From an uncultured virus (IMG/VR IMGVR_UViG_3300032268_001179) (Duplodnaviria > Heunggongvirae > Uroviricota > Caudoviricetes): a DNA stretch of 64,000 bases. The notes beneath the pieces were generated by a model. That model did not search any database, was not told where the DNA came from, and saw nothing but the letters and a program-made list of their open reading frames with translations. The position numbers and the translations under genes were made by a program. Of the stretch, positions 20,215 through 29,947 are shown one piece after another. Numbering within the stretch: position 1 is the first letter of the stretch; the number at the start of each line of letters is the position of its first letter. The stretch lies in the IMG/VR virus record IMGVR_UViG_3300032268_001179; one strand, 5' to 3'.

Positions 20215-20418
20215 ATGAACGAAGTGGAGAATTTAACAGAACAACCAACAAAGAAATTAACTTACAGAATGGAAGATTATGAGATGGGTAGAAAATGGGC
20301 GTTGACCCAACCTCACCCTTATCTGAAAGGGAAAACATTATGGGAACATGTTTACGATCCAAGAGAATCTGTTTATACGATTGATAATATAAACAAGTAT
20401 TTGTTTAGCGAAATGTAA
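20215..20418 (+). CDS. hypothetical protein
   Basis: ORF. Confidence 0.6.
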   Translation: MNEVENLTEQPTKKLTYRMEDYEMGRKWALTQPHPYLKGKTLWEHVYDPRESVYTIDNINKYLFSEM

Positions 20419-21052
20419 AACCAGTTAAGGACATGATGTCCTTGAGTGGAACTTCATTATTTTTGAATCCATCTGGATTTGACGTATTGTTTTCAAACAA
20501 GTAAGCTATCCATTTATTTTCCTTTTTTATGTGAATAACTTTCCAACAATATTTTGGAACGGATACACTTCCTATTTTTTTTATTTCACCAACATTTCCT
20601 GCCCATACGTGAATTGAATCTTTTAAACTAGATTCTTCCCTTGTGAATGTTTCCAAGGATTTCCAATCACCAGCGTTTAATCTATGAGTCTGTGCTGACA
20701 TATTGGAAAAATAAAAACTTTCGTCTTGAATCAATTGTGTTTGACAAAGATTGTCCGCTGCTGGCATCATATGTCCTCTATCATATCCACTACCAACATA
20801 ATCTTTTGCAATATTAGTATGTTCGGGTAAAAGTGGATCAGGTTTGAAATTATCTTTTCGTTTAAGTGGAGTCGAGCAAGTCACCATTGCTTTTGTTACC
20901 CACCATTCAACCATCACAGGATATTTTTTTGATTTACTAAATAATGAAGTATAATTTGTGTGTTTTAATACGACTTCATCTTGTATTTGAGACGAACTTA
21001 CGAATACTAAAGATAGTAAAACAACTGTAATTAAATGTAGAAATTTTTTCAT
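20405..21052 (-). CDS. secreted DNA/RNA non-specific endonuclease (NucA/EndoG family)
   Basis: GYDRGHMMP, FYFSNM..Q...LN...W..LE; signal peptide. Confidence 0.9.
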   Translation of the reverse strand: MKKFLHLITVVLLSLVFVSSSQIQDEVVLKHTNYTSLFSKSKKYPVMVEWWVTKAMVTCSTPLKRKDNFKPDPLLPEHTNIAKDYVGSGYDRGHMMPAADNLCQTQLIQDESFYFSNMSAQTHRLNAGDWKSLETFTREESSLKDSIHVWAGNVGEIKKIGSVSVPKYCWKVIHIKKENKWIAYLFENNTSNPDGFKNNEVPLKDIMSLTGFTFR

Positions 21053-21108
21053 ATGATTTTTAAGAATAAATAGACTGGTAATTTACAATTATTGATATAT
21101 TTATCGGT

Positions 21109-21606
21109 ATGAGCAAAAGATTTGTTGTTACCGAAAATGAGAAAGATTCAATCAAGAAATTATATATGATTGAACAATCCGAAGAAAAAGGAGATAGAAA
21201 ATTCTGTCACGGAGGAAATGTGAAGAACCTTGAAGATATTGTGGGTTCAGATGAATTGGAAGATTACATCGAAGGAGTTCAATTAAGAAAGAACGGTGTT
21301 AATGGACTTACAGATAGATTAGAATTACTTAAGACATTAAGATTACACCCAAAAGTTTCTGATGGAGGCGAACACTTAGCATTCAATATTATGAATCATC
21401 TAAAAGAGTTTAAACCATATAACTATTTTGATGAAACAAAGAAAGAATGTAATAAAGCGATGGATAAAATCATCGAATTATACAAAGAGAACGAACACGG
21501 AGAAGAATTGGTAAAAGACATCGAAAAAGTTTATGGAATGTCTCACGTTTCAGCAAGAGCAAAAGAATTTTTGAAACATGGATTGGCAATGATCAAAGGA
21601 ATGTAA
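21109..21606 (+). CDS. hypothetical protein, FVVTENEK motif
   Basis: ORF. Confidence 0.75.
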   Translation: MSKRFVVTENEKDSIKKLYMIEQSEEKGDRKFCHGGNVKNLEDIVGSDELEDYIEGVQLRKNGVNGLTDRLELLKTLRLHPKVSDGGEHLAFNIMNHLKEFKPYNYFDETKKECNKAMDKIIELYKENEHGEELVKDIEKVYGMSHVSARAKEFLKHGLAMIKGM

Positions 21607-21663
21607 TTTGTTTTCATAAAATAATCAATTATATTTAACCTCGGTATATTCCGAGGTTTTTTT

Positions 21664-22047
21664 ATGTCTACACAATCTCATATCGATAAAGTTAATTTGA
21701 CCCCGAATTTGATGGAATATCCTCATCATGTTGGGGCACCGAAGATTGTACCGACTGATTTAACACCATTCAAACAAAATGGAACCGATAAGGCAAACAA
21801 ATTGTTTTCCCGACAATATCAAGAACTCTTAAAACAAGCGGAAACCCTTCAAAATTCGTTCATTATAACTCAGGAGGTCTACGACTCATCTTATAGATTT
21901 GAACCCATTATAGGTCATGTTTACCACCTCTATGAGGATAAGAATGGTAATAAGTTCCTTTCCTTAATTGAACCTTCCTCTTGGAACCAAAAATTTATTT
22001 ATTCCACAGTATTAAACAGTGATATGACATGGTCGAAGATGGATTGA
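21664..22047 (+). CDS. DUF2452-like protein
   Basis: YP..VGAP.I, FEPIIG..YHLY, LSLIEP..W. Confidence 0.75.
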   Translation: MSTQSHIDKVNLTPNLMEYPHHVGAPKIVPTDLTPFKQNGTDKANKLFSRQYQELLKQAETLQNSFIITQEVYDSSYRFEPIIGHVYHLYEDKNGNKFLSLIEPSSWNQKFIYSTVLNSDMTWSKMD

Positions 22048-22277
22048 AAAAAATTTGTGCCAAAGCCCTCTCAACTTCATTTCCAAACTTGGAAATTGTG
22101 GATATGATTATATTACCTACCTATCGACACGATGAATCAAAAGATGATTGGATTAAAGATTCTCATACTTTTTTTATCCAACTGAAAAAAAATGATTTGG
22201 GAATGGACACAGTAATAGATGTGACAAGATATTTGGAGATGTTATTCGGTTTTGAATGTTGTGTTGATTTTTCCTAG
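22029..22277 (+). CDS. hypothetical protein
   Basis: ORF. Confidence 0.6.
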   Translation: MVEDGLKKICAKALSTSFPNLEIVDMIILPTYRHDESKDDWIKDSHTFFIQLKKNDLGMDTVIDVTRYLEMLFGFECCVDFS

Positions 22278-22400
22278 AACTAGTCTAGACTAGTTTTTTT
22301 TATTTTTTTACTATTATATTATTATTCTATAAGAATAATAATTATTGCCCTTTCTGACAAAAGATTTTTTTCGGCATATTTATTATGTAAAAACCGTAAA

Positions 22401-22688
22401 ATGGAGGAACAAAGTATTTGGACGGCAGTAATAACATTGATTACAGTTTTAGGTGGGGGTTCAGCTTGGAGATTCTATGAAAAAAGAGCAATGAAAAGAG
22501 ATAGAGACGAAGACTTCATCCGTCATGATTGCAAAGATAGAATCGCCAAATTGGAGGCATTACTCGAAAATTCGTCTAAAGAAAAAGATGAGATGAGATC
22601 AACTATATTAAAACTAACCGAGCAAGTCGCAGCTCTTACGGTTAAAGTTGAATTTTTACAACAGAAGAATAATAACGTTGGATTATAA
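22401..22688 (+). CDS. membrane-anchored coiled-coil protein (possible lysis accessory)
   Basis: N-terminal TM segment followed by heptad pattern. Confidence 0.65.
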   Translation: MEEQSIWTAVITLITVLGGGSAWRFYEKRAMKRDRDEDFIRHDCKDRIAKLEALLENSSKEKDEMRSTILKLTEQVAALTVKVEFLQQKNNNVGL

Positions 22689-23461
22689 TGAAAATTATCA
22701 AATTAACAGAATCTGATATAAATAGAATTGTAAAGAAAGTTATTTCTGAACAAATTCCTGGAATGTCGGGGCTCAATTATCAAGCACAAGCCGAAAGGGA
22801 GGCAAAACTTGGCGTACAAACGGCAAAAATGTTACCATGCGTCCCAACAGCATTCAAATTATCAGTCAATGACTTGATTAAAAAAAATTATAATAAATTA
22901 TTTATAAAATCTTGTCTTGGTATAATTGGTAGAGAGAGCGACTTCGGAGAAAGTAATCGATTCAAATTTAGGAATCCCCTTAAATTTTTGTATAGTGCTC
23001 TTGGAGGAAATGCTTCTATCGGATTCGCACAAGTTCAACCAGAAACTGCTAAACAATACGGACTTGACTTAGCCGATTTATCATTGGCCTCGGGTAGTTT
23101 GGACATAACATACAGACTACTTCAAGATAATTACAATAAAGCACTGAAGGTGGGGTATACTACAGGACCTTCAGTAAATTTGAAAGATGGCACAGGTAAT
23201 TCCGCATTAGATATGGCAATTTCAGCACACAATTTGGGAGCGGAAAAAATTACAAAATATTGTAAAACAAGTGATCCCAAAAGAAATAAACCGTGTGATC
23301 AGGCTGGTAAGACAACAGATGAGGGATTGAAAGTTTCTAACCAATACGTTCAAAACTACATCCCAAATTTCAAAACTGAAAGATGGGATGGAGTTGAAAT
23401 TACTTCTCACGGTTATATTATGGAGGTGGCGAAAAGGATTAAAGATTATATCTGTTTTTAA
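22688..23461 (+). CDS. lysozyme/transglycosylase-like protein with MKIIKLTESDI motif
   Basis: IIGRES.FG, GFAQVQPETA, AISAHNLG (SLT-like motifs). Confidence 0.65.
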   Translation: MKIIKLTESDINRIVKKVISEQIPGMSGLNYQAQAEREAKLGVQTAKMLPCVPTAFKLSVNDLIKKNYNKLFIKSCLGIIGRESDFGESNRFKFRNPLKFLYSALGGNASIGFAQVQPETAKQYGLDLADLSLASGSLDITYRLLQDNYNKALKVGYTTGPSVNLKDGTGNSALDMAISAHNLGAEKITKYCKTSDPKRNKPCDQAGKTTDEGLKVSNQYVQNYIPNFKTERWDGVEITSHGYIMEVAKRIKDYICF

Positions 23462-24195
23462 TCTACGTAAATGTAAGTTGTTGGTTTATCAATCTTCATT
23501 AATTTTTTACCTGCGTCGGATAAAGAAATAAATGATGTAGAGTATTTTTCATCATCGAATTTATACTCAACCGAACTTCCCCCATCGAATAGAATCCCCT
23601 CAACCATTCCTTGATTTATTCCTTCATCAATCACGTCTTTAATACTCACAATCCCTCCGAACTTTGAGACAATAAAGATTATTTCACCATTTTTGTTTTT
23701 ACCCACAATATTTCGATAAGTCAATTTTTTGGCATGTGGTTGTTTAATTAAAGAAGTATTGATTTTACCATTATCGATACCCCACAAAATAGTTTGGGAT
23801 GCATAATCTGTATATTTAGGGCACTCTCCTCTTTTCACATTAACATTACCATTGGAAACGTAAAAATACCCGCCACCCTTAACTCGACTTGATTTTTTTA
23901 CACCATCTTCCACAACAAGACCGATTGCCTTTTTGTTGAAGAAATTACTATTCATATAGAATTTTTTTCCTTCTGGTCGAGAACTTGAAACTCCAAAATT
24001 TACTTTTTTGGGGTCAAATATGAAAATGTTGAAGTTATTGTTTGAGTACACCTGAACCCCATCTCCTTCATGATTTAATTTTACCAAACTCGACTCACTA
24101 TGAGCAACCTTTTGGTCGTACTGAGACCAATTAACTAAATCAAATAAGATGGGGTAACTGATTAGGATTACCAAGACGAATACAAGATATTTCAT
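23458..24195 (-). CDS. phosphodiester glycosidase (NAGPA)-like protein
   Basis: NSNFF, R..VG, LFDGGSS. Confidence 0.7.
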   Translation of the reverse strand: MKYLVFVLVILISYPILFDLVNWSQYDQKVAHSESSLVKLNHEGDGVQVYSNNNFNIFIFDPKKVNFGVSSSRPEGKKFYMNSNFFNKKAIGLVVEDGVKKSSRVKGGGYFYVSNGNVNVKRGECPKYTDYASQTILWGIDNGKINTSLIKQPHAKKLTYRNIVGKNKNGEIIFIVSKFGGIVSIKDVIDEGINQGMVEGILFDGGSSVEYKFDDEKYSTSFISLSDAGKKLMKIDKPTTYIYVD

Positions 24196-24251
24196 AACAA
24201 ATCAATTTTTAGTTTCTCAAAGATAATGATATTTATTTAAAAAAAGTTAAT

Positions 24252-25709
24252 ATGTCAAAATTATTTAAAATGTCTGATGAAGAAATCGGAAGAATTTTAA
24301 GCCTTCATGAGAGTGCAGTTCGTAACGAACGTTTATCAGGGAAAAAAGCCAATAATTTATTAAGCGAAGATATGGAGGCACTTCCAGAATATGAAGGTGT
24401 TTCATTGGGAAAAGTGGAGGCGGTACAACAAGCCCTTGTCAATCTTGGATATAAAATAGGTAGTACTGGACCAAACGGAGATGGTGTTGATGGAAAGTTT
24501 GGAGAAAAAACAAAAGCAGCTGTCAAAAAATTCCAAACCTCAAAAGGCTTGTATTCTGATGGTATTGTAGGAGAAAAGACTGGCGGCGCATTAGGGGTTC
24601 AACCACTGTATACAAAAGCAGCGAGTGGATCATCATCTTCATCTTCAGGAAGTGGGGCTAGTTCAGAATCTGCAACAGATTCACCATTCAAGACTAGAGA
24701 AGAGGGTAATGCTTTTAGAAAGTGGATGCATAAGAACTTTCCAAATGCGGTAAAAAAATTCGACCTAAATATAGAAGGAGATCATACAAATAAAACCATT
24801 AAACTTGCGTACAATTCATTACCACCAAATTATACTACAACGACATATGGTATGTATTATGAGAGGACAAAAGGTCAAACTCAATCAGGTAAGACACAAC
24901 AAACAAATACTGATAGCACAGCAACAAAAACCCCTGAAATATCAACAGACCCAAAAAATAGATGTATTGCAATTCCTAAAGAAGAGTGTGATAAGATTTC
25001 ATCTACTAAAGAAACTAGAATTGGGGGGGGATCTGAAACAAGATGTTCGGCATACATGGTTAAATGTCTCAGTCAATATGATTCGGATTTATTTGGAGGT
25101 AACGCTTGGGACGCCTTTAACAATGTTAAAGGTGGAGGTACGGTAAAATATAATTTATTTACAAGTGGAGAAATTAACTGGGATAGAATTTGGTCAGACC
25201 TTACCAAAAACAAAGTGAGTAAAGCTACTTGTGAAAAACATGCGAAAACTGACGATGCTGACGCAAGAGTTGGAAGTGTAGTTCCGTCAATAGTTACAAA
25301 CAATATACCATCATCACCTAAATTTAACATTAGTTCATTAAGATTAGGTGATATCGTAGGGTTATATCACAAAAACTCGTCAAACAAAGGTATGGCATTT
25401 TGTCAAAGAGCTTTAAAACGAGGATTAGATAATAATGGAAATGTTAGTGATAAAGACCCATTTACGTTTAATAGTCATGTTGGATTTGTGGGGGCGATTA
25501 AAAATGGTGTACCTATAGTAATTCATAACGTGAGTGGAAATCATATGGCAACACCTGCATCACAAATGTTAAGTAAAAATTCAAACGATATGATTACGTG
25601 GGTAGTTAGTGACAACTCAATTGCATCGGCAATTGAAAAAGATGGTAGTCCTGAGAAGAAAGGATATGAAAATATTTTCAATTTTCCCAAATTTAATTTT
25701 GGGTCTTAG
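24252..25709 (+). CDS. PG-binding protein with C-terminal CHAP/NlpC-like Cys-His domain
   Basis: DGKFGEKT..AVKKFQ..DGIVG; CSAYM..GNAW..HVGFV. Confidence 0.7.
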   Translation: MSKLFKMSDEEIGRILSLHESAVRNERLSGKKANNLLSEDMEALPEYEGVSLGKVEAVQQALVNLGYKIGSTGPNGDGVDGKFGEKTKAAVKKFQTSKGLYSDGIVGEKTGGALGVQPLYTKAASGSSSSSSGSGASSESATDSPFKTREEGNAFRKWMHKNFPNAVKKFDLNIEGDHTNKTIKLAYNSLPPNYTTTTYGMYYERTKGQTQSGKTQQTNTDSTATKTPEISTDPKNRCIAIPKEECDKISSTKETRIGGGSETRCSAYMVKCLSQYDSDLFGGNAWDAFNNVKGGGTVKYNLFTSGEINWDRIWSDLTKNKVSKATCEKHAKTDDADARVGSVVPSIVTNNIPSSPKFNISSLRLGDIVGLYHKNSSNKGMAFCQRALKRGLDNNGNVSDKDPFTFNSHVGFVGAIKNGVPIVIHNVSGNHMATPASQMLSKNSNDMITWVVSDNSIASAIEKDGSPEKKGYENIFNFPKFNFGS

Positions 25710-25745
25710 TTAAAAATAAAAAAACCCTCTAATAAGAGGGTTTTT

Positions 25746-26036
25746 TTATACATCAAACCTTACCATACTGCTAATTTTTTTCACATCAGGGAAAAAATAT
25801 ACTAAGGCGTCCTCCAACAACGCTTCAGCCATATCCTTTTCAATTACCGATTCATTGATTGTGTCGCCCAAAACAACGATCAATTCGAATATGAATTGAT
25901 CTCCTTTGGTATTGTAAGTCCAATTGTGGATTTTAATCTTTGAATTTTTTCCATAGATAGATTCAACCGCATCCTTCCGAAAATTATTCATATAAGCTTC
26001 GAGTAGGCGATAGAATCTTCTTTTTTTATCCGTCAT
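25746..26036 (-). CDS. hypothetical protein
   Basis: ORF. Confidence 0.65.
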   Translation of the reverse strand: MTDKKRRFYRLLEAYMNNFRKDAVESIYGKNSKIKIHNWTYNTKGDQFIFELIVVLGDTINESVIEKDMAEALLEDALVYFFPDVKKISSMVRFDV

Positions 26037-26072
26037 GATAAAAATATATTAAAAAAAAATGTTAAGTCACTT

Positions 26073-26207
26073 TTATCTTCCTTGACCCAAATATTTTTTA
26101 GGCTTTTGCTCGTATTTGGAGAATGATTTCTTGTGAACACCAGTTCTTTTTTTACCAAATGAAATTTTACGAGATTGGGATGAACCCCCTTTTGCGCCTT
26201 TTGCCAT
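26073..26207 (-). CDS. small basic protein (..KKYLGQGR)
   Basis: Lys/Arg-rich; TATTTAT upstream on minus strand. Confidence 0.7.
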   Translation of the reverse strand: MAKGAKGGSSQSRKISFGKKRTGVHKKSFSKYEQKPKKYLGQGR

Positions 26208-26247
26208 AATTTTTTTTATTATAAATATTTTATATTTATCTTTATAA

Positions 26248-26517
26248 ATGGACAAGCTTATAAAATACAGTGGAGATACGTCAGATCAAATTTTGACTTA
26301 TTTAAAACGAAACCTATCTGTCTATGAAGTTGGATCAGATTTCTTCGATAAACCTTGGCAAATGGTATTGGTTGGTGATAGATCATATCCAGTAGAGTCG
26401 AACAAAAAATTTCTTGTCAACCTAATATATTCCAAGGCTAAAGATGTATTTCCCAATACAGATGTTAAAGTTCTTAGAAGAACTATTAAAAAATATTTGG
26501 ACGGGATCTCTGAATAA
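26248..26517 (+). CDS. hypothetical protein
   Basis: ORF. Confidence 0.65.
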   Translation: MDKLIKYSGDTSDQILTYLKRNLSVYEVGSDFFDKPWQMVLVGDRSYPVESNKKFLVNLIYSKAKDVFPNTDVKVLRRTIKKYLDGISE

Positions 26518-26614
26518 TGAAAAAGAGAACGGTAGCGAATCGTTCTCTTTAATGTTCCATAACTGAAACGGTCCCAAAATTCTCCATAAAGGAGTGGCTT
26601 TTTTTAATAAATAT

Positions 26615-26646
26615 TTTGACCTTCTAAAAACTTCTTCATATATTTG
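26615..26646 (+). promoter_or_regulatory. Bacteroidota-type sigma promoter
   Basis: TTTG - 20 nt - TATATTTG upstream of a hairpin RNA and tRNA-Phe. Confidence 0.65.
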
Positions 26647-26708
26647 TAAAGGGTTTGGGACTTAAAGGTAATGAAAGATACTCGGTCTCAAACCCAAAGA
26701 AATAATAT

Positions 26709-26801
26709 GGTTGTGGTAGCTCAGGAACTCCTCGGAGTTTATGGTAGAGCAATCGGTTGAAACCCGATGAGCCAGTGGTTCGAACCCACTCCCAACCACC
26801 A
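26709..26801 (+). tRNA. trnF: tRNA-Phe(GAA), atypical (D-loop hairpin insertion), CCA encoded
   Basis: ATCGG-TTGAAAC-CCGAT anticodon arm; AGTGG-TTCGAAC-CCACT T arm; ACCA end. Confidence 0.8.
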
Positions 26802-27069
26802 AATGGATAGCGGAATATTTTATCATGGTGTTTTCCAATACTCACCTTAACAATTTCTTCTCCGCTTTATAAATTAGAAAAACGTAGAATCAGGTATGGG
26901 AGGTTTTAGTTTTTGTTTCCTGAATCTTTGACCTTGAAAAAGATAGAATTAAACACGTCACTATTGGATGTTTTGAGACGATAAATAAAACAAAGGAGCG
27001 TCCATCCTTGGGGTCATGTGATCAGCCCAATCCAAAAAGACACGTTATATTTTCTCGACGGGGAAAATT

Positions 27070-27098
27070 GGGAGATACGACGGTATCTCCCTTTTTTT
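27070..27098 (+). terminator. intrinsic terminator
   Basis: GGGAGATAC/GTATCTCCC plus T7. Confidence 0.8.
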
Positions 27099-27119
27099 GT
27101 GCCCTTATATTTATATACA

Positions 27120-29570
27120 ATGGCAACAGCAAGACCTTTCGCATATAATCCTGGAAGTTTGATTCCTGGTACTGAACAAGTCGGAGATTTATCCATCGGA
27201 GCTCCAATTTCTGGATTTACGGATACTCCACAATATTGGAATGGACCCGACGAGGAATTGGGTTATGTTATTGCGGCACCTGTTTCTGGAAATACTCAAC
27301 CTACGCCACTACTCGGTATTACCGCTTCTGTTGGATTTTATAGAACGGATTCATTTGATGACAATCAATTTATAGAACTTTCTGAGATTGTTGCAAATTT
27401 ATATGAAACCCCTCAAACATTTTCAACTGCAAGTGAAGCTAGTGTATGGTTAACTAATAATGGGTTTTGGAATTCATATATTCCAGTCATACTTACCCCA
27501 ACTCAGACTCCAACTTCTACCCCTACTCCAACACCAACTAATACTAATACGCCAACAATAACGGCAACGCCAGCAAATACCAATACACCCACAGTAACCC
27601 CAACTCCAACAAATACCGCAACACCAACTGTAACTCCAACAAATACTAATTCTCCAACCAATACCGTAACTAATACTCCAACAGTTACTCCAACACCAAC
27701 AAGAACTTCATCAACACCAACTCCTACCTCAACTCAAACAACAACTCCAAGCCCAACACCAACTTCTACCCCTTGTTCAGCCTTAGCTGGAAGTTTATTA
27801 TTTAACGGTAGCAATCAATCATTAGGATTAAGTCCTGGCGTAACTTTTGGATCGGGAACATTTACATTGGAAGGATGGTTCTATAATACTTCAAATTTTA
27901 ACTCAAAAGGTATAATAGGTTCTCCAGTCAGTAGCCCTACAGGGTGTATGAATTTATATTTTGCTAATAATACAACAATTACTTCAGACAGAAATGGTGG
28001 AGGAGGTTCATTCAGTTACACCATGGGTTCTGCAATTACTACCAATGCTTGGCATTATTTAATCTATAATAGAAATGCGGGTGGTTTAACTGCAGTTTAT
28101 ATTGATGGAGTAAGATGTACCGCTACATCAACAGATACTCTAAATTATACTACTGCAACTGACACTATTGGTAGATACTATGGTGGATATTGGCCAGGTT
28201 ATTGGACTAATATGAGAATGACTATTGGAACTGCAGTGTATAACTCAAATTTAACAACTCAACCTATTCCAAAAGGAGCTCTTACGTCATTGCCAAATAC
28301 CAAGTACTTAATGCTAGGCGCGTCAGTAACAACAGATTCATCTGGAACACAAACTGTAACAAATAATAATGGTGTTTCATTAAGCTCGTTACAACCTTGT
28401 CCTGGGCCAACCCCAACTCCAAGTGTAACGGCAACTTCCACTCAAACTCCAACGAATACTCCAACTCTGACTCCAACTAATACTCAAACTCCGACTACAA
28501 CAACTACACTCACAACAACTCCAACCCAGACTCAAACTCCAACTACAACAACTACGCTGACAGCAACACCTACGCAGACTTTGACTCAAACTCCAACTCA
28601 GACTTTGACTCAAACTCCAACCACAACAACTACGCTGACTGCAACACCTACGCAGACTTCGACTCAAACTCCGACTACGACAACTACGTTGACCGCAACT
28701 CCAACACAAACTAGTTCTCCAACTCCGACTACGACAACTACGTTGACCGCAACTCCAACACAAACTAGTTCTCCAACTCAAACTAGTACCCCAACTCAAA
28801 CTGGTACCCAAACCCAAACTCCAACTCCTAGCACAACAACAACATTAACCGCCACTCCAACTCAAACAAGAACTCCAACTCCTACCACGACGACAACATT
28901 AACGGCTACTCCAACTCAAACTCCTACCTCACCACCTTTTTATAACTTGTTACAAAGTTGTTTTGATAGCACCATTACATGGTATTTAGATAGAAATGTT
29001 GCGGGTGGTACCACACAATTACCTATCGGTAGAAGAGTGACAAATGATTTCCCTCCTCATCTTACTTACACGGTATATGGATACAGTCAAAACATAGAAG
29101 GATTCGATATAGTAACAGGATTCGTTACTTCCTCTACACAATGTGTTGATCCATCTCCTACACCAAGTAATACTCCAAGTAATACTCCAAGTAATACTCC
29201 AACACAGACACCAAGTAATACACCAACACCAACACCACCATCAACACCAGCGTCAACACCAGCATCAACACCTACTTCAACTCCTGCACCAGTATGTGAT
29301 TGTCAAACTTATGATGTCACCATAAATCAAGGGGATATAGATAATTCAATAGACAATACCGATCCTGGAAAAGAGAATTCTACGGTATATGTTGAATATA
29401 AAGATTGTAACAATGACACAATAATTACTGGATTCTCATTTGCAAGCACTTATCAAATCTGTGTGAATATAAATGGAACACCATCACCAAGTGTTTATTA
29501 TTATAATTCCAATATCAAATCATTTGGGTCCTCTTCGGCAAGTAATACATTTGTGAATTGTTGTTTTTAA
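27120..29570 (+). CDS. Thr/Pro-rich mucin-like protein with LamG/ConA-like domain (putative virion fibre or decoration)
   Basis: long TPT repeats; FTLEGWF..WHY..VYIDG LamG pattern. Confidence 0.8.
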   Translation: MATARPFAYNPGSLIPGTEQVGDLSIGAPISGFTDTPQYWNGPDEELGYVIAAPVSGNTQPTPLLGITASVGFYRTDSFDDNQFIELSEIVANLYETPQTFSTASEASVWLTNNGFWNSYIPVILTPTQTPTSTPTPTPTNTNTPTITATPANTNTPTVTPTPTNTATPTVTPTNTNSPTNTVTNTPTVTPTPTRTSSTPTPTSTQTTTPSPTPTSTPCSALAGSLLFNGSNQSLGLSPGVTFGSGTFTLEGWFYNTSNFNSKGIIGSPVSSPTGCMNLYFANNTTITSDRNGGGGSFSYTMGSAITTNAWHYLIYNRNAGGLTAVYIDGVRCTATSTDTLNYTTATDTIGRYYGGYWPGYWTNMRMTIGTAVYNSNLTTQPIPKGALTSLPNTKYLMLGASVTTDSSGTQTVTNNNGVSLSSLQPCPGPTPTPSVTATSTQTPTNTPTLTPTNTQTPTTTTTLTTTPTQTQTPTTTTTLTATPTQTLTQTPTQTLTQTPTTTTTLTATPTQTSTQTPTTTTTLTATPTQTSSPTPTTTTTLTATPTQTSSPTQTSTPTQTGTQTQTPTPSTTTTLTATPTQTRTPTPTTTTTLTATPTQTPTSPPFYNLLQSCFDSTITWYLDRNVAGGTTQLPIGRRVTNDFPPHLTYTVYGYSQNIEGFDIVTGFVTSSTQCVDPSPTPSNTPSNTPSNTPTQTPSNTPTPTPPSTPASTPASTPTSTPAPVCDCQTYDVTINQGDIDNSIDNTDPGKENSTVYVEYKDCNNDTIITGFSFASTYQICVNINGTPSPSVYYYNSNIKSFGSSSASNTFVNCCF

Positions 29571-29636
29571 ATAATTAAAGGGAACGAAAGTTCCCTTTTT
29601 TAATGATATTTATTGGTAAGTAAATTACCAAATACT

Positions 29637-29888
29637 ATGAAAAAATTCTTATCACAGTTGTTTAATGACAACAACTCAATCAATGAAAAAAGCGTTGTAG
29701 GTTTCTTAGCTTTCGTTATGATGGCTGGATTCGCTATTGCCGACATCGTAACAGGATCTTTAGGAAAGGATCTTGTGATCAATGAATTTATCTTTAACTC
29801 CTTCTTGTGGTTAGTTCTTGGTTCCTTTGGAATCGGTTCTGTCGACAAATGGATAAATAAAGGTAAGTCTGACGTAACAGAAGAGTAA
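29637..29888 (+). CDS. two-TM membrane protein (holin-like)
   Basis: two hydrophobic helices, charged C-terminus. Confidence 0.6.
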   Translation: MKKFLSQLFNDNNSINEKSVVGFLAFVMMAGFAIADIVTGSLGKDLVINEFIFNSFLWLVLGSFGIGSVDKWINKGKSDVTEE

Positions 29889-29947
29889 ATTACAAAATCC
29901 CCACTCATAAGGTGGGGATTTTTGTTTATTTCGGGTATTTATTGACA

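Noticed and set aside
26636..26845. 69-aa minus-strand ORF
   Set aside because: Antisense to tRNA-Phe.
27490..29290. Thr/Pro codon repeats as a DNA-level repeat element; antisense ORFs 28259-28817
   Set aside because: Explained by low-complexity protein coding on the plus strand.
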